Part shown: positions 12,659 to 46,110 of the stretch, piece after piece | Layout of the letters: each line of letters opens with the position of its first letter | Position numbering within the stretch: the first letter of the stretch is position 1 | NCBI GenBank assembly: GCA_030141605.1 | Contig: JAQGDQ010000021.1 | Coordinates: 1,213,688 to 1,277,687 of the forward strand | DNA length: 64,000 bases | Direction: 5' to 3' | Source of the DNA: Tubiluchus corallicola | Taxonomy: Eukaryota > Animalia > Priapulida | Position numbers and translations under genes: made by a program | Notes under the pieces: generated by a model | Told to the model about the DNA's origin: nothing | What the model saw: only the letters and a program-made list of their open reading frames with translations | Database searches by the model: none

Positions 12659-13417
12659 ATGTGAAGAAAAGGGAATTTTAAAGTATACCCCCAAAGAACT
12701 TTCCTTGCAAAGTTATACTACCTGGCATTACCATTACTATATACCTGTTTGAAAGACTTATGTAATTGAAAAAGAAAATTCTGAATAATTTAAAATATGC
12801 GCCCCACCTGGTCAAACGGCACTGCATCGCCTTTCCAGTGTGCAACGCTGATTCACTAAAAACACACGATTGATATAGTTGACAAGATTAAATAATTTAA
12901 ACTTTTGCTTAGTTAGCGATGACTGTGCTACCAGTGTTCTAATTATTTGTTTCAAACTATATGCAATGTTACCTAGAACTTGTTTCACACGATCTAAGTA
13001 GCGTTTACGTATCATCCGGATGCGCATGCGTGATTTACCTACGGAATAGCTGCGAAATAAAAATCGATAGGAAATAGCTGCAGAAAAGTGCATTGAAAAA
13101 AATATAAATCGATTTTATCTATTCCGCACTCCCATAACGCATACGCATTCCGGTTGCTACATAAATGCCACTTTACTGTTAAAAAATTGCTGCGCCTAAC
13201 GGTCGTTCTTATTACTACGTTGCTGCTAATATACAGTACAAGCACTGTACGCAATAAGACAACAGTAATAATAGTAATAATAAAATTTCACAAACGTAAG
13301 CACAAGTACAATACAGCAACACGTCCAATTCGTGTTCCAAATCCAAACACGGACAACATGTAAATTATGCAAATCATATAAAGTTTCAAGATGATTTTAA
13401 ACAGTGTTTCTTGTGCT
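12659..13417. mobile_element. Family B non-autonomous DNA element (TTAA-flanked, Kolobok-like), copy with internal insertions
   Basis: Homologous to 23562-24054 and 29579-30024 (acctgtttgaaag, ctgattcac.aaaaacac, gcgcctaacggtc). Ends ...gtttcttgtgct|TTAA. Confidence 0.6.
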
Positions 13418-14426
13418 TTAAGCAATTTGTCTCTGGTACTCTTTAAAAACACTGTAACTAATTAGAATTTGTTATTTTTGTTAATAAAGTCTCGGAAGCT
13501 CGGTCAATTTGACTGCTTATATATTATATATTTATATATAAAATCCGTATTGCATAAGTTACACACATTTAGGGTATGATGAAATATATGAAAATATTAT
13601 ATGTGTTACCAGCCAAAGACTGCTGTAAGCAATAGTGTTAAACTAAAAAAAATTACAAAAGTTATTTTTTTAAAGTTACAAAGAATAAAATTAAAATTGA
13701 ATTGCAAAACATAACTTCGCAAACTCATATCAACAACGGATACCCACAAAGCATTTAAAATGGCTCTAATTAGATTATTTTATTTAGATTATCAGATGGA
13801 ATTTACGTTATACTGCTGGTACTACATAGATATAATCATTATTTGCAGCTATTTTATCATTTTTGTTAGGGGGGATCTCATAATTTCAGTAGTGCGTTAT
13901 TTTGTTTCTTTTTGAGATCTCTTAAACTCGTTGAAGATTTTATAGAGGTGCTGAATTCCAGGTATTAATTGCTGCTTTAGATATTGAGTTATACATTTTT
14001 AACTTTAACAAGTTTGCATTTTAACACTATTGCAAACTTTCATACAAATTCCTTAGCAACAGAGCTTGGTGTGAAAAATTACTCTGTTTTTGATCTTTGC
14101 TTTTACTGCTTTGATGAACTATATATTTAATCACTATGCAATGCGTGACGTACAGAACAATACACTTAAAATTGATGAACCGATTTTAATGTAATTACTG
14201 CAAGAGGAGTAATCATAAGGATTGGATTGGCAGAAATCCCGTGACTGTCTATGAGCGATTGGGATTAATAAATGACAGTACTAAAGAGGCTTTGGAATGG
14301 AAAAATTAATTAAAATCAAAAAATGAGACAAACGTCAATGTAATGTCTGTTGGGATTACCAGAAAGAAACACGAGGGATTTGCATTAAACCGTTCTCCAG
14401 TAACATTAACTTGTATCAAAAATTAA

Positions 14427-14880
14427 ACCACAAGAAAATCTTCCACTTACATAAGGCTTAAAAATTCGTCTTCAAATTTTATACCACTTACACATTGCCT
14501 TTTTGCATGCAGGTCTCGCAATTGCCGTATGGCTGAAAAAACTTGTAAATTTAAACTCCCGCGATGACCGTTAGGCGCAGCCATTTTAATTGTAGGTCGT
14601 TTGAAACAAGTTTAAATGAGCATTCGTCGCATACATTTTGCTATCTAAGTAAAATTTTAAATTACTGTAGCTTGTCAATAAGATTAAAAATACGTTTTTG
14701 GCTAGTGAGTGGCGAACCATGGAGGATGGGCCAGTGACATTTTATCAATTGGCACAAACATTTTAAATTATTATTTCTAGTTATATACGTATTTGTTGCA
14801 GATAAGCGAAATGCTAAGTGACATAGAATTGCACGCAAAATTTTTTGGGGACACAATTTAAAGTTGCCTTTTCTTTTCCT
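14427..14880. mobile_element. Family B element, reverse orientation
   Basis: Starts TTAA|accacaagaaaatc. Contains aaacttgtaaatttaaactcccg..gaccgttaggcgcagcc and ends cttttcttttcct. Confidence 0.7.
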
Positions 14881-15224
14881 GATTTACGTTTGTGTAGTGA
14901 CGTCATGTAATGGCGCCGTTAGAACAGTATTGTGGGAGATTTAAAATGAAACCAAACGAAAAATCCTTTGAACGCGAGTGCGATAAACGCAAAAAATTGC
15001 TGCAAAGTAATATAATTTTTTGAGGTGATTTTTCTGAAACCCTCTCCAGGTACCCCTTTTCTTGTCATTTAACAAAAATATTGGTATCAATTGAAGCAGT
15101 CAGTGGAGTACTGTTAATTTATGAATGATGAATGTGCTGTAATTGAAACGTAGAGGGCCAGACGATAGTGATGAGGACAATAACGACATCGATGATGATT
15201 ATGATGGCGACTGACCACAAGAAT

Positions 15225-15420
15225 AGCTCTTAATTAGTGTGCTTGCTTTCCACGCGGGAGGTTATGAGTTCAATCCTGAGGCCGAATAATACCAAAGGCT
15301 TTTGAAACATTGTACTGCTGCTTCTTCGATCAAGCACAAAATGTTTGAAGTAATAGTTTACTGATTAGTGCTCGACCAATAGCAAAAAGAGATTATGTCC
15401 AACATGGCTATTGAGTGTAT
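15225..15420 (+). mobile_element. Degenerate tRNA-derived SINE
   Basis: B-box-like GAGTTCAATCC after a tRNA-like head (tagctc...ttccacgcgggaggtt), followed by a gtactgctgcttcttcg..aagcac core and a simple-repeat tail. Confidence 0.45.
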
Positions 15421-16996
15421 ATTATTATTCTTGTTGTTGTTGTCATCGACGTCGTTGTTGCTATAGTTGTGTACAATCAAACATGGTTAAGTCACACACT
15501 ATGACCGCTTGGCTGTATACTCTGTCTATTGTACTCACACTGACGTCGTAAACTTCATCATTAGCTGGTCCAATGATTCATTTTACAGGATTATTTTTCA
15601 TAATGTGCTAGTCTTCGGTCCCACCACAACCCGTTGGATCTATTGGACGAGTGTTAAATCTGTGTATAGAACATACAGACCAGCAAGCGATCGTGAAAGA
15701 CAATTACTGGTGAATCCATATTTCGTGTTATTGGGCCTGGGTGGCAGATCAATCATGTTTTCATATGTAAACATTCAACTTGTTTAATCAGCGTCTGTGC
15801 AAAGTCAAGTGGAACTGAGAGTGGTCAATTTTGCAGTTCTTCTTAAATCTTCGTTTTCAACTTTTTAGCTAAGCTGGCAAATTGATATCGACCAAGGAAA
15901 GTTTTGCATTCTTGCTTATCAATATTTTAACAGCAGTAATCGATCTAATTTGCTTGAAATTATCCAAACAAGGATGGAAGGAATTGTGTAAGTGATGGTA
16001 AACTATAATGTACATTGTGAAAATGGAACAGTTTGGATGTAACGACATATAAATATCTATTATATTTATAGAATATTTATTTTTATTCTTTAATCTGATG
16101 TCAGCTGCACTGATGCCATTATTGTTGATGTCGCTGTCGCTACTGCTTCTACTGCTGCTGCTACAGGTGTTGCAAGTTCTAACATGGCAGCGGCAGTGGT
16201 GTGCTGCTGTAGCTGCTTATGGTACTACAATCTGCCCATTACGATAACAATGATGACGATGATAACAATTCTTAGCGATGATAATGATGTAATAGCAGCA
16301 AAAATGGTGTTTATGAAGACACTTTGGATAATAATAACGATAAGGTGGTGATGATTGCATTGAGGATGAAGCTTAACAAATTGTTATTATTGCTGCTGTC
16401 ATGGACATCAGTGGGTGTGATGACCATATCTAGTTTTGGTACGAACTTAATTGTATGGTCAAAATGATGACTCTAAGTTTGTGATGTCGGCTCGACCACT
16501 AGGCAAATCATTTTTCTAGGGGGGACCACATATTCTAGAAACAGTTCTTGATTTTTAAAATTGCCATAAATAATAACGTAGTATATGTGTAAGGTTTTAA
16601 ATTCTTGCTTTATATTCTTGCCAGAATGTATGATTGATCTACGGTGATACTGAGCTGACCTCCGGCAACAAAACGCTTCCTAATTTTGCTTTGCCTGGCT
16701 TCCTATAATTACATGATTTCAGGCAAACACTAATGCCTTACCATGCTTTTGACCACAGCTTATACTGCATGAATGGAGCAGCAAAGCCAATTAATCGTTA
16801 ACAGCAGCACATCCGTCCGTTATCAAAAAAAACATTTGTTTATAGCAGATAGCCTTATAAGAAATCGAAGCCTTCAGAAGTGTAACACAAGAAACCAAAG
16901 GTTAAAAGGCGGCGGACGTTGAATAGCAAAGAGATTTGTTAATGATGTATATATTTACAAATTACAACTAGACCAGATTTATGGTTATGAAAGTGA

Positions 16997-17146
16997 TGAC
17001 ATAGACATACACATAGACTCAGACACAGGCATAGACATAGTCATAGACACAGACACAAAGACAAACACAGACACAGGCACAGACATAGTCATAGATATAG
17101 ACACAGACACAAGCACAAACACGGACACAGTCATAGACATAGACAT
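16997..17146. repeat. (GACACA/GACATA)n hexanucleotide microsatellite
   Basis: Directly visible imperfect hexamer array. Confidence 0.85.
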
Positions 17147-19054
17147 TTTTATTTAACTCCTAATTAACACCAGAATTACAAAATAAACAGTAAGAGCTAT
17201 AATTAAGTAATAATTGCGATAAATATATACATGTGTGTGTATGTGTGTGTACAAGAAAGTGTCAGGGGGTGCAGGAGAAAGGGTAGCGAAGGACGAATTG
17301 ATCATCAAAGTTACCTACCCTTCCGAGATTAATGTAAATTATAAAAATAAATTATAGCGTTGCTGTCTTATTATTACATATAGAGTAGAAGAAAAATCAC
17401 CGTTGCTGAAAAATCTAGGGGGAACAAATTATGTATGAAAGACGAGGTGACTAAATAGACAACATGGTATGGAAACAACGTAATAAAATGGAAATATGTA
17501 ATGATACTCACAAAAATGTGTAAATTATATAAATTACTGATTAAACTATAAGAAAGGAAACCAAATCAGACCAAATCAAAGAAGTAAATAAATTATAATT
17601 AAAGAATCAGTAATGGGAAACAAAATATGCATGATGAAAGGAAACTAAATATAATGAAATGAATATATGACACTAGCTGGTCAAATGGATGTACGCAAAA
17701 AAAGAGGGGCTTGGGTTTCAAAAACTTACAGGTGAAGACAGCAAAACGCGCAGGAAAATGTACATAAAGCGTGTGCAGTAGAAATTGCAAAAATTTTGAT
17801 TGTTCCTGAAGACCCGGGATATACAATGGGGTCATAAATTCAATTCAAGTTCAATCAACATTATCTGTCAACAGAAATTGATATTTGACACTTAACTAGC
17901 GCACATAATACACGTACGTCAGTACTAAAATGATAACATACAACAAAAATTCAATTTTGGGGTTGGAAGGGAAACGTATTGAGCAGGAGCGCTAAAACGC
18001 TTTTGTTTAGGCTAGTGTGTAAAACTACCTATGGTCTTGGCAGTGTTGGCCAATGATGAGGCGTTTGGCTTCACCAGTAAACCACGTGATTCTAAACCTA
18101 CTAGTTTCGTCTTGTTTGAGGACATCCGTAAGCACCAAAAAAGTCAGCAAATTACTGATGCCCTTGCCGATTTGTTAATGTTAGAGGAAGAGGGACAGTC
18201 TGGAGTATTTCATGGGAGTGTAAAATTTTGGAGCAAACAGATTTCATAATCTGTAGGGAATTTCGCCAAGTATCCAGTTGTTCACGTGACCACGGTCACT
18301 CACCTGTGCATATCTATTTCTATCAGAGCTAGTTGGTTCATGTTAACGGGCTTCTTTACTTTAGTACTGACAAAGTGGTTTTTCACAGAATGGTACTGGT
18401 ATATTTTGTCAGTTATATTGGTAAATACTAGGCTTGCGTTATGGAAACATACGATGTAAGTAAATGCATCATTTGTGTATTATTTTAAATCATTATGAAC
18501 TGATGATTTTGAACATTTTAGTTTAATTAATGTTAATCTTATCAATTTGATAGAATGTTATATAAATTAGTAAATTACCAAACTATATTTATTTATAACG
18601 TGCGCTCGTGTTCAGTAAAATTTAGAACTGCAGAATTAACTATGTAAAAATAGGCAAATCATTACAGATTATAAACAGGTTTATTAGACTGATTGAGGGC
18701 AGTTAATTTGGTGTTTTAACTTAATATAAAGTGCATTAATGTGACAATCGAACGTAATTACACTGATTGCAGCTTTCAAGTAAATGCAAATTTGTAAAAC
18801 CGCTTTTTTCATTTTTAATAGAAATGACGTATAAAACACTACAAAAATTGAGTTGGGATGTAGCAGTCATTGACTGTCGTACATAACCAACAAAACAAAA
18901 AGGCAAAAGCATGTTTTTGTATAGCAGAGAAAATAAAACTATATCTTCACTTGACTATTGTCAGGATAAAAGCGAGTGAATTATAGCATTGGGGCAGAAC
19001 TTCTTGGCATTACCACGCGAAGCCACTACTATAGCTGCTTCAGTGGGCTTTCTC

Positions 19055-19319
19055 GCGTCACGTGCACATGACTTGCAGATCAGTTCAGTCTGGCTTCAGC
19101 GAGCAGCTGGAGCGGATGTCGATCTTGCTACATCTTTCCTTTTTAGCAGCAACTGTAGAACACATTGATCCAAGTTCTGTGGATAATATCATTTGCCGAT
19201 AACTGTCGGTTGTTGCTCAGCGAATTCTGAATTTATTACTAGATTTCTCCGTGAAATTAGTGAGGCCCAGAGTTGAGGATTAAAGGAATTAGTTTACGTC
19301 GACTTGGAGAGTATCAACG
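19055..19319 (+). promoter_or_regulatory. Candidate promoter and non-coding first exon of the stum-like gene
   Basis: Locally CpG-richer. CGTCACGTG (CRE half-site/E-box) at 19056-19064, Inr-like TCAGTT at 19080, and a strong donor CG|GTAAGT at 19319/19320 upstream of the acceptor at 22893-22894. Confidence 0.45.
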
Positions 19320-20050
19320 GTAAGTGTTGTTATCAAATGTCGGTAAAGATAAGTGGATACTGCATCTAGTAATCATCTTGTACACTGTTCACTCCATGTG
19401 GGCGAATCCATCAACATGCAGTTCAGTTCAACCCAGTTCAATTCAAATTTTTATTCGGGTAACTAAGCCATAAAAAATACAAATACAGTACTAAAATGAA
19501 ATAAAATACAATGAAATATAATATAGAAGACTAAAATGTAAATTCAGGGTTAGTAAATTAAGAGCTAAAATAAGTTTTAGAAATTAATTATGTAATATTT
19601 TTTCTTCCACTCCATGTGCAATATGCGGGAACGAGATTTAAAAACTTTGACTTTAGCGCATTAAGTTGGTAAATGATGCAGAAGTAACACAGGCTTCCCG
19701 ATGACGAACAGACATACATTGTTAGCCAGGGAACATTACGCATTAGTCATGCACATAGACATGTGTTGCTTGTTATAATGCAACGGGCAAAAATCACATG
19801 GCTAACAATGTTTGTTTTCGCGCCATCTGGAAGATTGTGCTATCGCCGTGCAGCTTACCAACTTTATTTACAATACATTGAAACGTATTGCAATCTTTAG
19901 TCTGCTTACAATAACAATTAGTCACTCTTTTTTTACAAAAAAACAAAGTGATTTTACTAAATAATATCATTCTATAGTAATGCATTTTGGGAGAAACGTA
20001 ATGCCTCTCAGGGTCAAAAGTTTTATATAGTCATTTGCATGTTTAACTTC

Positions 20051-20457
20051 TGTTTGATATAAGTTAGCGATTTATATTGATTTTTGCCAACTAAATACCT
20101 TTGTTTGATATAAGTTACCGATTTATGTTGAATTTTGCCAACTAAAGACATTTGTTTGATATAAGTTACCTATTTATGTTGAATTTTGCCAACTAAAGAC
20201 ATTTGTTTGATATAAGTTACCTATTTATGTTGAATTTTGCCAACTAAAGACATTTGTTTGATATAAGTTACCTATTTATGTTGATTTTTGCCAACTAAAG
20301 ACCGCTTTTTGATATAAGCTACCAATTTATATTGATTTTTACAAACTAAAGACCTTTGTTTGATATAAGTTACCGATTTATCTTGCTTTTTGCCAACTAA
20401 AGACCTTTGTCTGACATAAATTACGAATTTATATTGATTTTTGCCAACTAAAGACCT
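20051..20457. repeat. 51-bp minisatellite, ~8 copies
   Basis: Unit TTTGTTTGATATAAGTTACCTATTTATGTTGAATTTTGCCAACTAAAGACA repeated head-to-tail with no spacers. Confidence 0.92.
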
Positions 20458-22900
20458 AAGTGACCATACGTGACCATGCAATTAATAACTAATATTTGTT
20501 TATAGCTTTGGATCTTCTTTTATCATAAAGGTGTTTTGTTGGAGCTGTGTATCTGTATCACATAACTCTGTTAAAGTAATACACATAATTATACGCATCG
20601 AAGCAGCCGTGTGCACGAAATGTCCAATTGCAACTCCCAGGACAGCTCATAAATGCCGAGTGTATTGTGCTAAGCACTGGTTAAACTTCACAGACATTGA
20701 TTGCATGTGTTTGCATACTTGATCAACCAGAGCGCTGCAAATTATTATAATTAAGTCGAGATTCTATAAAGTCAACTTAAAATCGATAATTATCCCGGCA
20801 AATCCGACTCTCCATAATTAACAATTGTTGTAGACATAACCGAATTTATAGACTCAATAAAACATCACAAGCTATTGTATTCTCTTGTAATGGTCATTTC
20901 ATATAGCTCCCTATTTATGTTTGTTTTGTGTAATAAGATTTTCGGAAACTCTGTTAATGCTAAAAGGATTCATTTGGACAGTTTAACTAAACGTTAATCT
21001 TGCTGTGTGCAGAAATCTTAAATGGAACGTGTCTTGTTTATGTAGCAGTTTAGTGACGTAAATTGATTCAAGTTAAAATACTTTTTCTGGAACCTCACTT
21101 ATGCTGAGACAGTTTGTTCGTCTGTTCGTTCCTTGTTCACGCTAAAACTGCTCACTAAGAAGGCTGTGTGAACCGTATTCCAACCCAGATGGCTTGCTCA
21201 GCTGTTTTACTAGGAAAACGTTTGCAAGAACAGTTTCACTTTCAGGTTGCTTTTCCACACAGACATTGTCTACTAATGTAGTTTACTAAAATGATACTCA
21301 TGTATAATATTTGGCTTACATAAAGTCAATTCACACTGAAATAATTAAATTTGATTATACTACAATGTAATTTATTATTGCATGCAAGCAAAATAGTTAT
21401 TGAAATGCATGTTGAAAATTATGTATCCTGTACCAAACCTGAATTTCATGTGTGTTTGTTAATCACCTCGCCTCAAAGGAATACCAGATTTCTGGACTTA
21501 CAGAAATTTACCAAAATAAAACTACCTACATTTATCATATTCTCATAATGTAGACTAACGTCCTTTAATGTTAACGTAATGTAGACTAACTTTTTTCTAA
21601 TGTACTTGTGTACTTTTCACGCACATGTCATTTACGAGCAAAAGTCAAAATCGTAGTCACGTTAAGACGGTTAATCTTGATTTAAACAGCGTGTGTTCTC
21701 ACTGAGTTAAACAACTGTCATGGTAGACATACCCAGATCAATCTACATGTTCATTGAAACGTTAAGTAATTGAAATATTTTTTAAATCATCAATTAAAAA
21801 TGCTAGAGCCATTCGTCACACTTGCGATCTCACTTACTTAAGGTGCACACTTAAGATTCAATATACTTAAATTTATTCTTTTGTTTGGCACACCTACTTA
21901 GACCACTCTCTTGCTAGTGGCATAGACATGTTAGGTGGGGCATAGATAGGTTTGTTTTATTCGTTAGCGTACTTGGCCATTTTAATTCAAACTTGCTCAC
22001 TCGCTTAATTCATTTATTTAGATCTGCAGTGTTACAACTTTAGCTACGTTGCTAAACACTCGTTCCCATACATTTTCAAGCTAGACAGTGCACTGTTTCG
22101 GTGTGAATAGGCTGAGAACATTACAAGTGGTGATCAAAAGCTTAGTGGAAAGTTAGTGGAAATTTGTTTATCCCACAAATTTATAGAGAAACATCTCACG
22201 TGCCAGCTTTGACTTTTTAACATGGTGCGACTGCTGATAATCTAACTTTGAATCCCTTAAGGCGTAGATCGGCAACTGTGGTTATTTATGCACTTTCACA
22301 GCTTTTCTCAGTAAGATGCTGGCCTCTTTACCACTTACCAGTTACCGCGGTTGCTTACACTGCCACCGTCTTCTCTTGATGACCATCAAAAAATAATTTA
22401 AAGAGTGTTGGGGGTGTAGCTGTACTCTACCCCTCCCCCCCACACACACTACTCTTCCTCACCGTTTTTATGGTACCTTGATGCCAGTAAATAGAAAAAA
22501 CGTTGAATTTATTCAATTGCGGAAAAAGAATATGGCAGTCAGCAGATTTTATAAACGTGCTTAATTTGCTTAAACGAATCCACGCAAAGAATAATGTATC
22601 ACACAGACAACATTTCCAAAAATCATGTTTTCAGGGTCACAAAAGGTTGCAAAAACATCGCCATCGATTTTTGTAACATATTTACGTTGCCGAAACAAAG
22701 CTACATAGTTATAACAGCACATGAGTTTAATACATAGCTAATAAGGAACTCATAAATATTTTATGTGTGTCTTTCAAAAAGTTCCTATCCAATTTTACTT
22801 CCTTTCTTCCTTCAAAGACCTTCGTTTTTCATTTTCTTATTTATGTTTGCAAGATGTGAATGAAAGGCATTGCTAATTGTTTTTCTTGATGTAGGTAAAA

Positions 22901-42099
<19,199 letters not shown>

Positions 42100-42834
42100 A
42101 CCAGTGTAACGTATATATGTGAGATTTTAACCCCTCTGTAACGTGCCAACAATACTTGATGCAAACGCCTCATTCACTAGTGTACATTTTATTCGTTGAT
42201 AACGACAATTGATGCAAACCTAAAAAAACTGAAGAAATATTTATACAGCGCTAGTGTATAACTCACTAAAACTGTACCTTCTGTTACTCCAGTAGACTGG
42301 TACCACAAGTGTTGATGTGCGTTATGTAGAAAATGCGCTGAGTAGTATTAGATTTGCGATCTCAACGTAGAATCAGGAAGAGTTGTGATTTCTTACTTCT
42401 GCATAGTGCAGTGCGTGCTTTCAAAGTATTTACAACGCCAGCAATGTAGATCAGCAGCCTGGAGGCGTGAACATCACCTTGTCACTTACATGTATTATAG
42501 TACAGAGATCCCAAATCGTTATCCTTTTTCCAGTATTGCTTGCTGTGGTTTTTAGATTTTATAAAAATAGTAATTATTACGTACCCGCTTTATATTACTA
42601 TTATCGATGTTGATGTATTTGTATATTCGTATTTTTATTAAGTAACGTGTTATGTACAGTGTCTTTCTTGTTCTGCTAGAGAATTGTTACTAGGCTATCT
42701 TGCAATGTCCCGTCTTAACGACCATCACATTATAGCCTTTTGTAAAACATTGACATGTAAATTTGTAAAACTGTAAGTGGGTAACATAGTTTTGTGTATT
42801 ATTATAAAATTCTTTATGTCGATAATCAACTGAT

Positions 42835-43280
42835 TTTTACGCAAAACCCAGCAACAAAATTTATAAAAAATTTTATAGAATGATGACATTTTAAGAACAG
42901 ATTTGTTCCCTTTTTCAGATCACTATTACATATATAGTCTAAAAAATTAAGGAAGTTGAATAAAAAGATATGTAGCAATGAATATTAATTTTAGAAAACA
43001 TTTAGACAAGCCTCGTGTAACCTTAGAAATTATAAAATTTAAATACCAAAGTATGTATATTGGCCTAACAAAGGTAATTTAGAAAACATTTTAACTATAG
43101 TGATTCGTGACAAACGTTCGTCTAAATGTTTTCTAAATAATTATTGTTATATGTCTCTCTGTTTAACTTTTGGAATTTTTTAGATTATAAGTTAGACCTA
43201 TAATGAGAACAAACGTGTTCTGTAGATGTCAGCGTTCTCTAAAAATCTTTTATAAATTATGTTGTCGGATTTTATATAAA
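42835..43280. mobile_element. Old fold-back element with ~185-bp degenerate inverted arms
   Basis: For example gcaacaaaatttataaaa / ttttataaattatgttgt, tttagaaaacatttagac / gtctaaatgttttctaaa and tctaaaaaatt / aattttttaga. Confidence 0.7.
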
Positions 43281-44090
43281 GACAGTATTGTTTCCTTTGA
43301 TTGTTGTTATTTTAGTAAAACTTAGGATAACCTTTAGTTTCCTTTAGCAAAACTGTTTATTTAGGGGGGGATGGGAGTTACTCGCTGAACTATAGAAACG
43401 CATTTGTGTGAGAATTATGCTGAAATGAGTCAAAATTCATTATGATCTTATATAAATACTTGATTTATACGTAGTTATAATAAAAACAAGAAAGTCCCGA
43501 TGCTTTGTTCACAAATACAAATAATTTGTAAGATTCGGTACCTATTTTCTGTTTGTGCAGTAAAAACAGCATACTCCTCATGCAGTCTTTCATTCCCTTG
43601 CGTTTTTTCGAGAAACCATTTTTGTACAGATTCTGAATTTCTTCGTCTTCTAAACCGTTCTGCATTTTGTTAATAATTTATTTGGCAAATTGCCAGTGAT
43701 TTGTGTAGCACCAGGCGATAAATGCTTAATTCTCTAATTGATTAAACTTAACCTCGGATAACCTATGCGTTGCATCGTTTTTTCTGTGTCGTTTTCTGAG
43801 GTTATTGATTAGTTAACGCTTTGTTTCATTGCATTATTTAAATTATGCCTTTTTGCGGGTCCTTTTGGTTATGACTTTGAGGTGACCTTCAATAAGGGGT
43901 GTGGTGAAATTATGTTCTGGGTCACCACACTTTTCTATTGTTTGTAAAATGATCTAGACTTGTGGACTTCAAGTATAATTTGTGCAGCAAATGTGATTTT
44001 TTTCATGGAATTCATAACCTGATCATGCTTAATTTAGTTACATTGAAATAATACAGTGGAAAATATCTCTGCTCTGTTCGATCACAAATC

Positions 44091-44217
44091 ACAACAACAA
44101 CAACAACCGTCACCTCCACCACCTCCACCACCACCACCACCACCACCACAACAACAACAACAGCAACAACAGCAGCAGCAACAGCAGCAGCAGCAACAAT
44201 AGCACAGCCACAACAAC
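44091..44217. repeat. Compound (CAA)/(CAC)/(CAG) trinucleotide microsatellite
   Basis: Directly visible. Confidence 0.9.
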
Positions 44218-44617
44218 ATGAAATTGGTTGTTTCACGGCACCCCTAGCGCAGTGCAAAAATGCATTTTTAATGACGAAGTTGTTCTCAACAACAGCAGTT
44301 TTTCTGTGCCTGTCATTCTGACAGCTTCTCCGATAAGTCTAATTACATTATTGTCTCATTAGTTATGCCTCTGATTATAATACAAACAGCAATTTACAGG
44401 TTACCATGACGTAATTTTAATTATTAATAAAATCATTATAATTGCAAATCTTTGAATTAATATTATGTACTTGTTATATTTTGTTACATATATTTGTTGT
44501 GCTGCTTGGTAATAATATTATTATATAATAAAAAAACGACCGTAAAACGATCTTATTCTGGGTTTCAATGAATTTACTGTCCTGTAAATCGTTATTGCTT
44601 CAGCTGATGGAAATTTC

Positions 44618-44966
44618 AAATCAAAGTTACAAGTCAAAGTAATGAATTTATATAAAAAATGTCATTGCATTTAATTATTTTATTGTACTCAAAGTACTGC
44701 ACTTTTTTTAAGTACTATATTGTACTGACAGAACAAAGTTATGAATCAAAGTTATAAGTCAAAACTATAAATTTATATGAAAAATATCATGGCATTTTAT
44801 TTCTTAATTGTACTTAAAGTATTGTATTTTTTAAGTACTGTATTGTACTGACATAACAAAGTTATAAATCAAAGTTATAAGTCAAAGTTATAAATTTATA
44901 TGATAAAATATCATTGCATTTAATTATTTTATTGTACTTGAAGTACTGTGTTGTACTAACAGAACA
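44618..44966. repeat. ~123-bp tandem repeat, ~3 copies
   Basis: Unit begins aatcaaagtta(c/t)aagtcaaa and ends ttgtactgaca(g/t)aacaaagttat. Confidence 0.88.
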
Positions 44967-46110
44967 GATGAGTGCTATTATTTCAGCCTTTACAAGTAAA
45001 TCACTTTGACGAAAATTGCCGTTTTATTTTATAAATAAGCATATTTAAAATAATATCTTTGGTGAACAGTCCGAAAGATAACAAGATCACCTTGGGTTTA
45101 TTACAATCATTGACAAAAAATAAACACTATTAAAAGCAATGAAATATAAGAAAATATTGCAATTAGAGAGCAGCAATGCATACCGACGTGTAAATAAAAC
45201 GTTTTGTTGCACCCGTGCATTGTTGAGTCAGCTTTAACCCATTAACATTCCTATCGTACTTTAACATTGGGCTGCCAGAATACCCGCGTATTTAAAGTTA
45301 CAAAAGTGCTTAGTGATATGAAAACGGTTAGAATTAAAAAGGAAAAGTTTTTTGAATGTTGTTCGAGTTTCTCTCTGTTGTCAGAAAATAGACTCCACTC
45401 TAACAGGTCAGAAAATGTTCGAAAATTACGGCCATACCGACAGAAACTTTCTTGCCGACGTTTGTCTTCAGTATCGATGTATAGACGTCTTTAGTTAAAT
45501 CTAAATCTAAAACTCAAAATCTTACTAACATTAATTTTCAATCGATCGTAGTATTGTGTTACCAAAAACATATATTTCATAATAAGCTTGACATTGCGTC
45601 TAGGTTATTGTTCACAGTTTCTGTCAAGTTTGTAACCTTATTCGTCTCTTGTAGCTCTCGATGATAACGCGAGCTTTATCTCGCCTGTCGACTATTGTGT
45701 ATACGTTTTCAGGTTAAAATCGTCTTCTGTAAAACAATGACGTAACGCTGTCAAAGAGAAACAGAAAGATACTGATAAACAACCGGGGGGAATTGCCAAC
45801 ATGCTGTCTTCACTTATTAACTGACATGCGCTACTCAAGTAGCATATAGATTCTCATGCCATCAAAATTGTTTGAAATGGGAAAATTGATTGACTTAAGT
45901 TGAAACTCTATGTTGACTTAATTGAATTGTACTCAGACAAGTGCTTTGTAACGTGCTTTTCTACATACTTCACGGCGGAAAGCACTGAAAGACATTGTCT
46001 ACTCAAGGAGGTATTTGTGACGTTTACCGGAACCTGATTCATTGTCAAGGATGTCCTTATATATAAAAAGAGCCACTGAATCAGGATATGTGTTTTGGCC
46101 GCGTTCAGAT

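Noticed and set aside
17990-18280. 72-aa plus-strand ORF / possible LINE 3' remnant on the minus strand
   Set aside because: Only a faint resemblance to a LINE C-terminus (SSLANTAKTIGSF), with stops. Too degraded to call.
20051-20457. CRISPR-like regular repeat
   Set aside because: Units are contiguous with no unique spacers, there are no cas genes, and the context is eukaryotic. It is a minisatellite.
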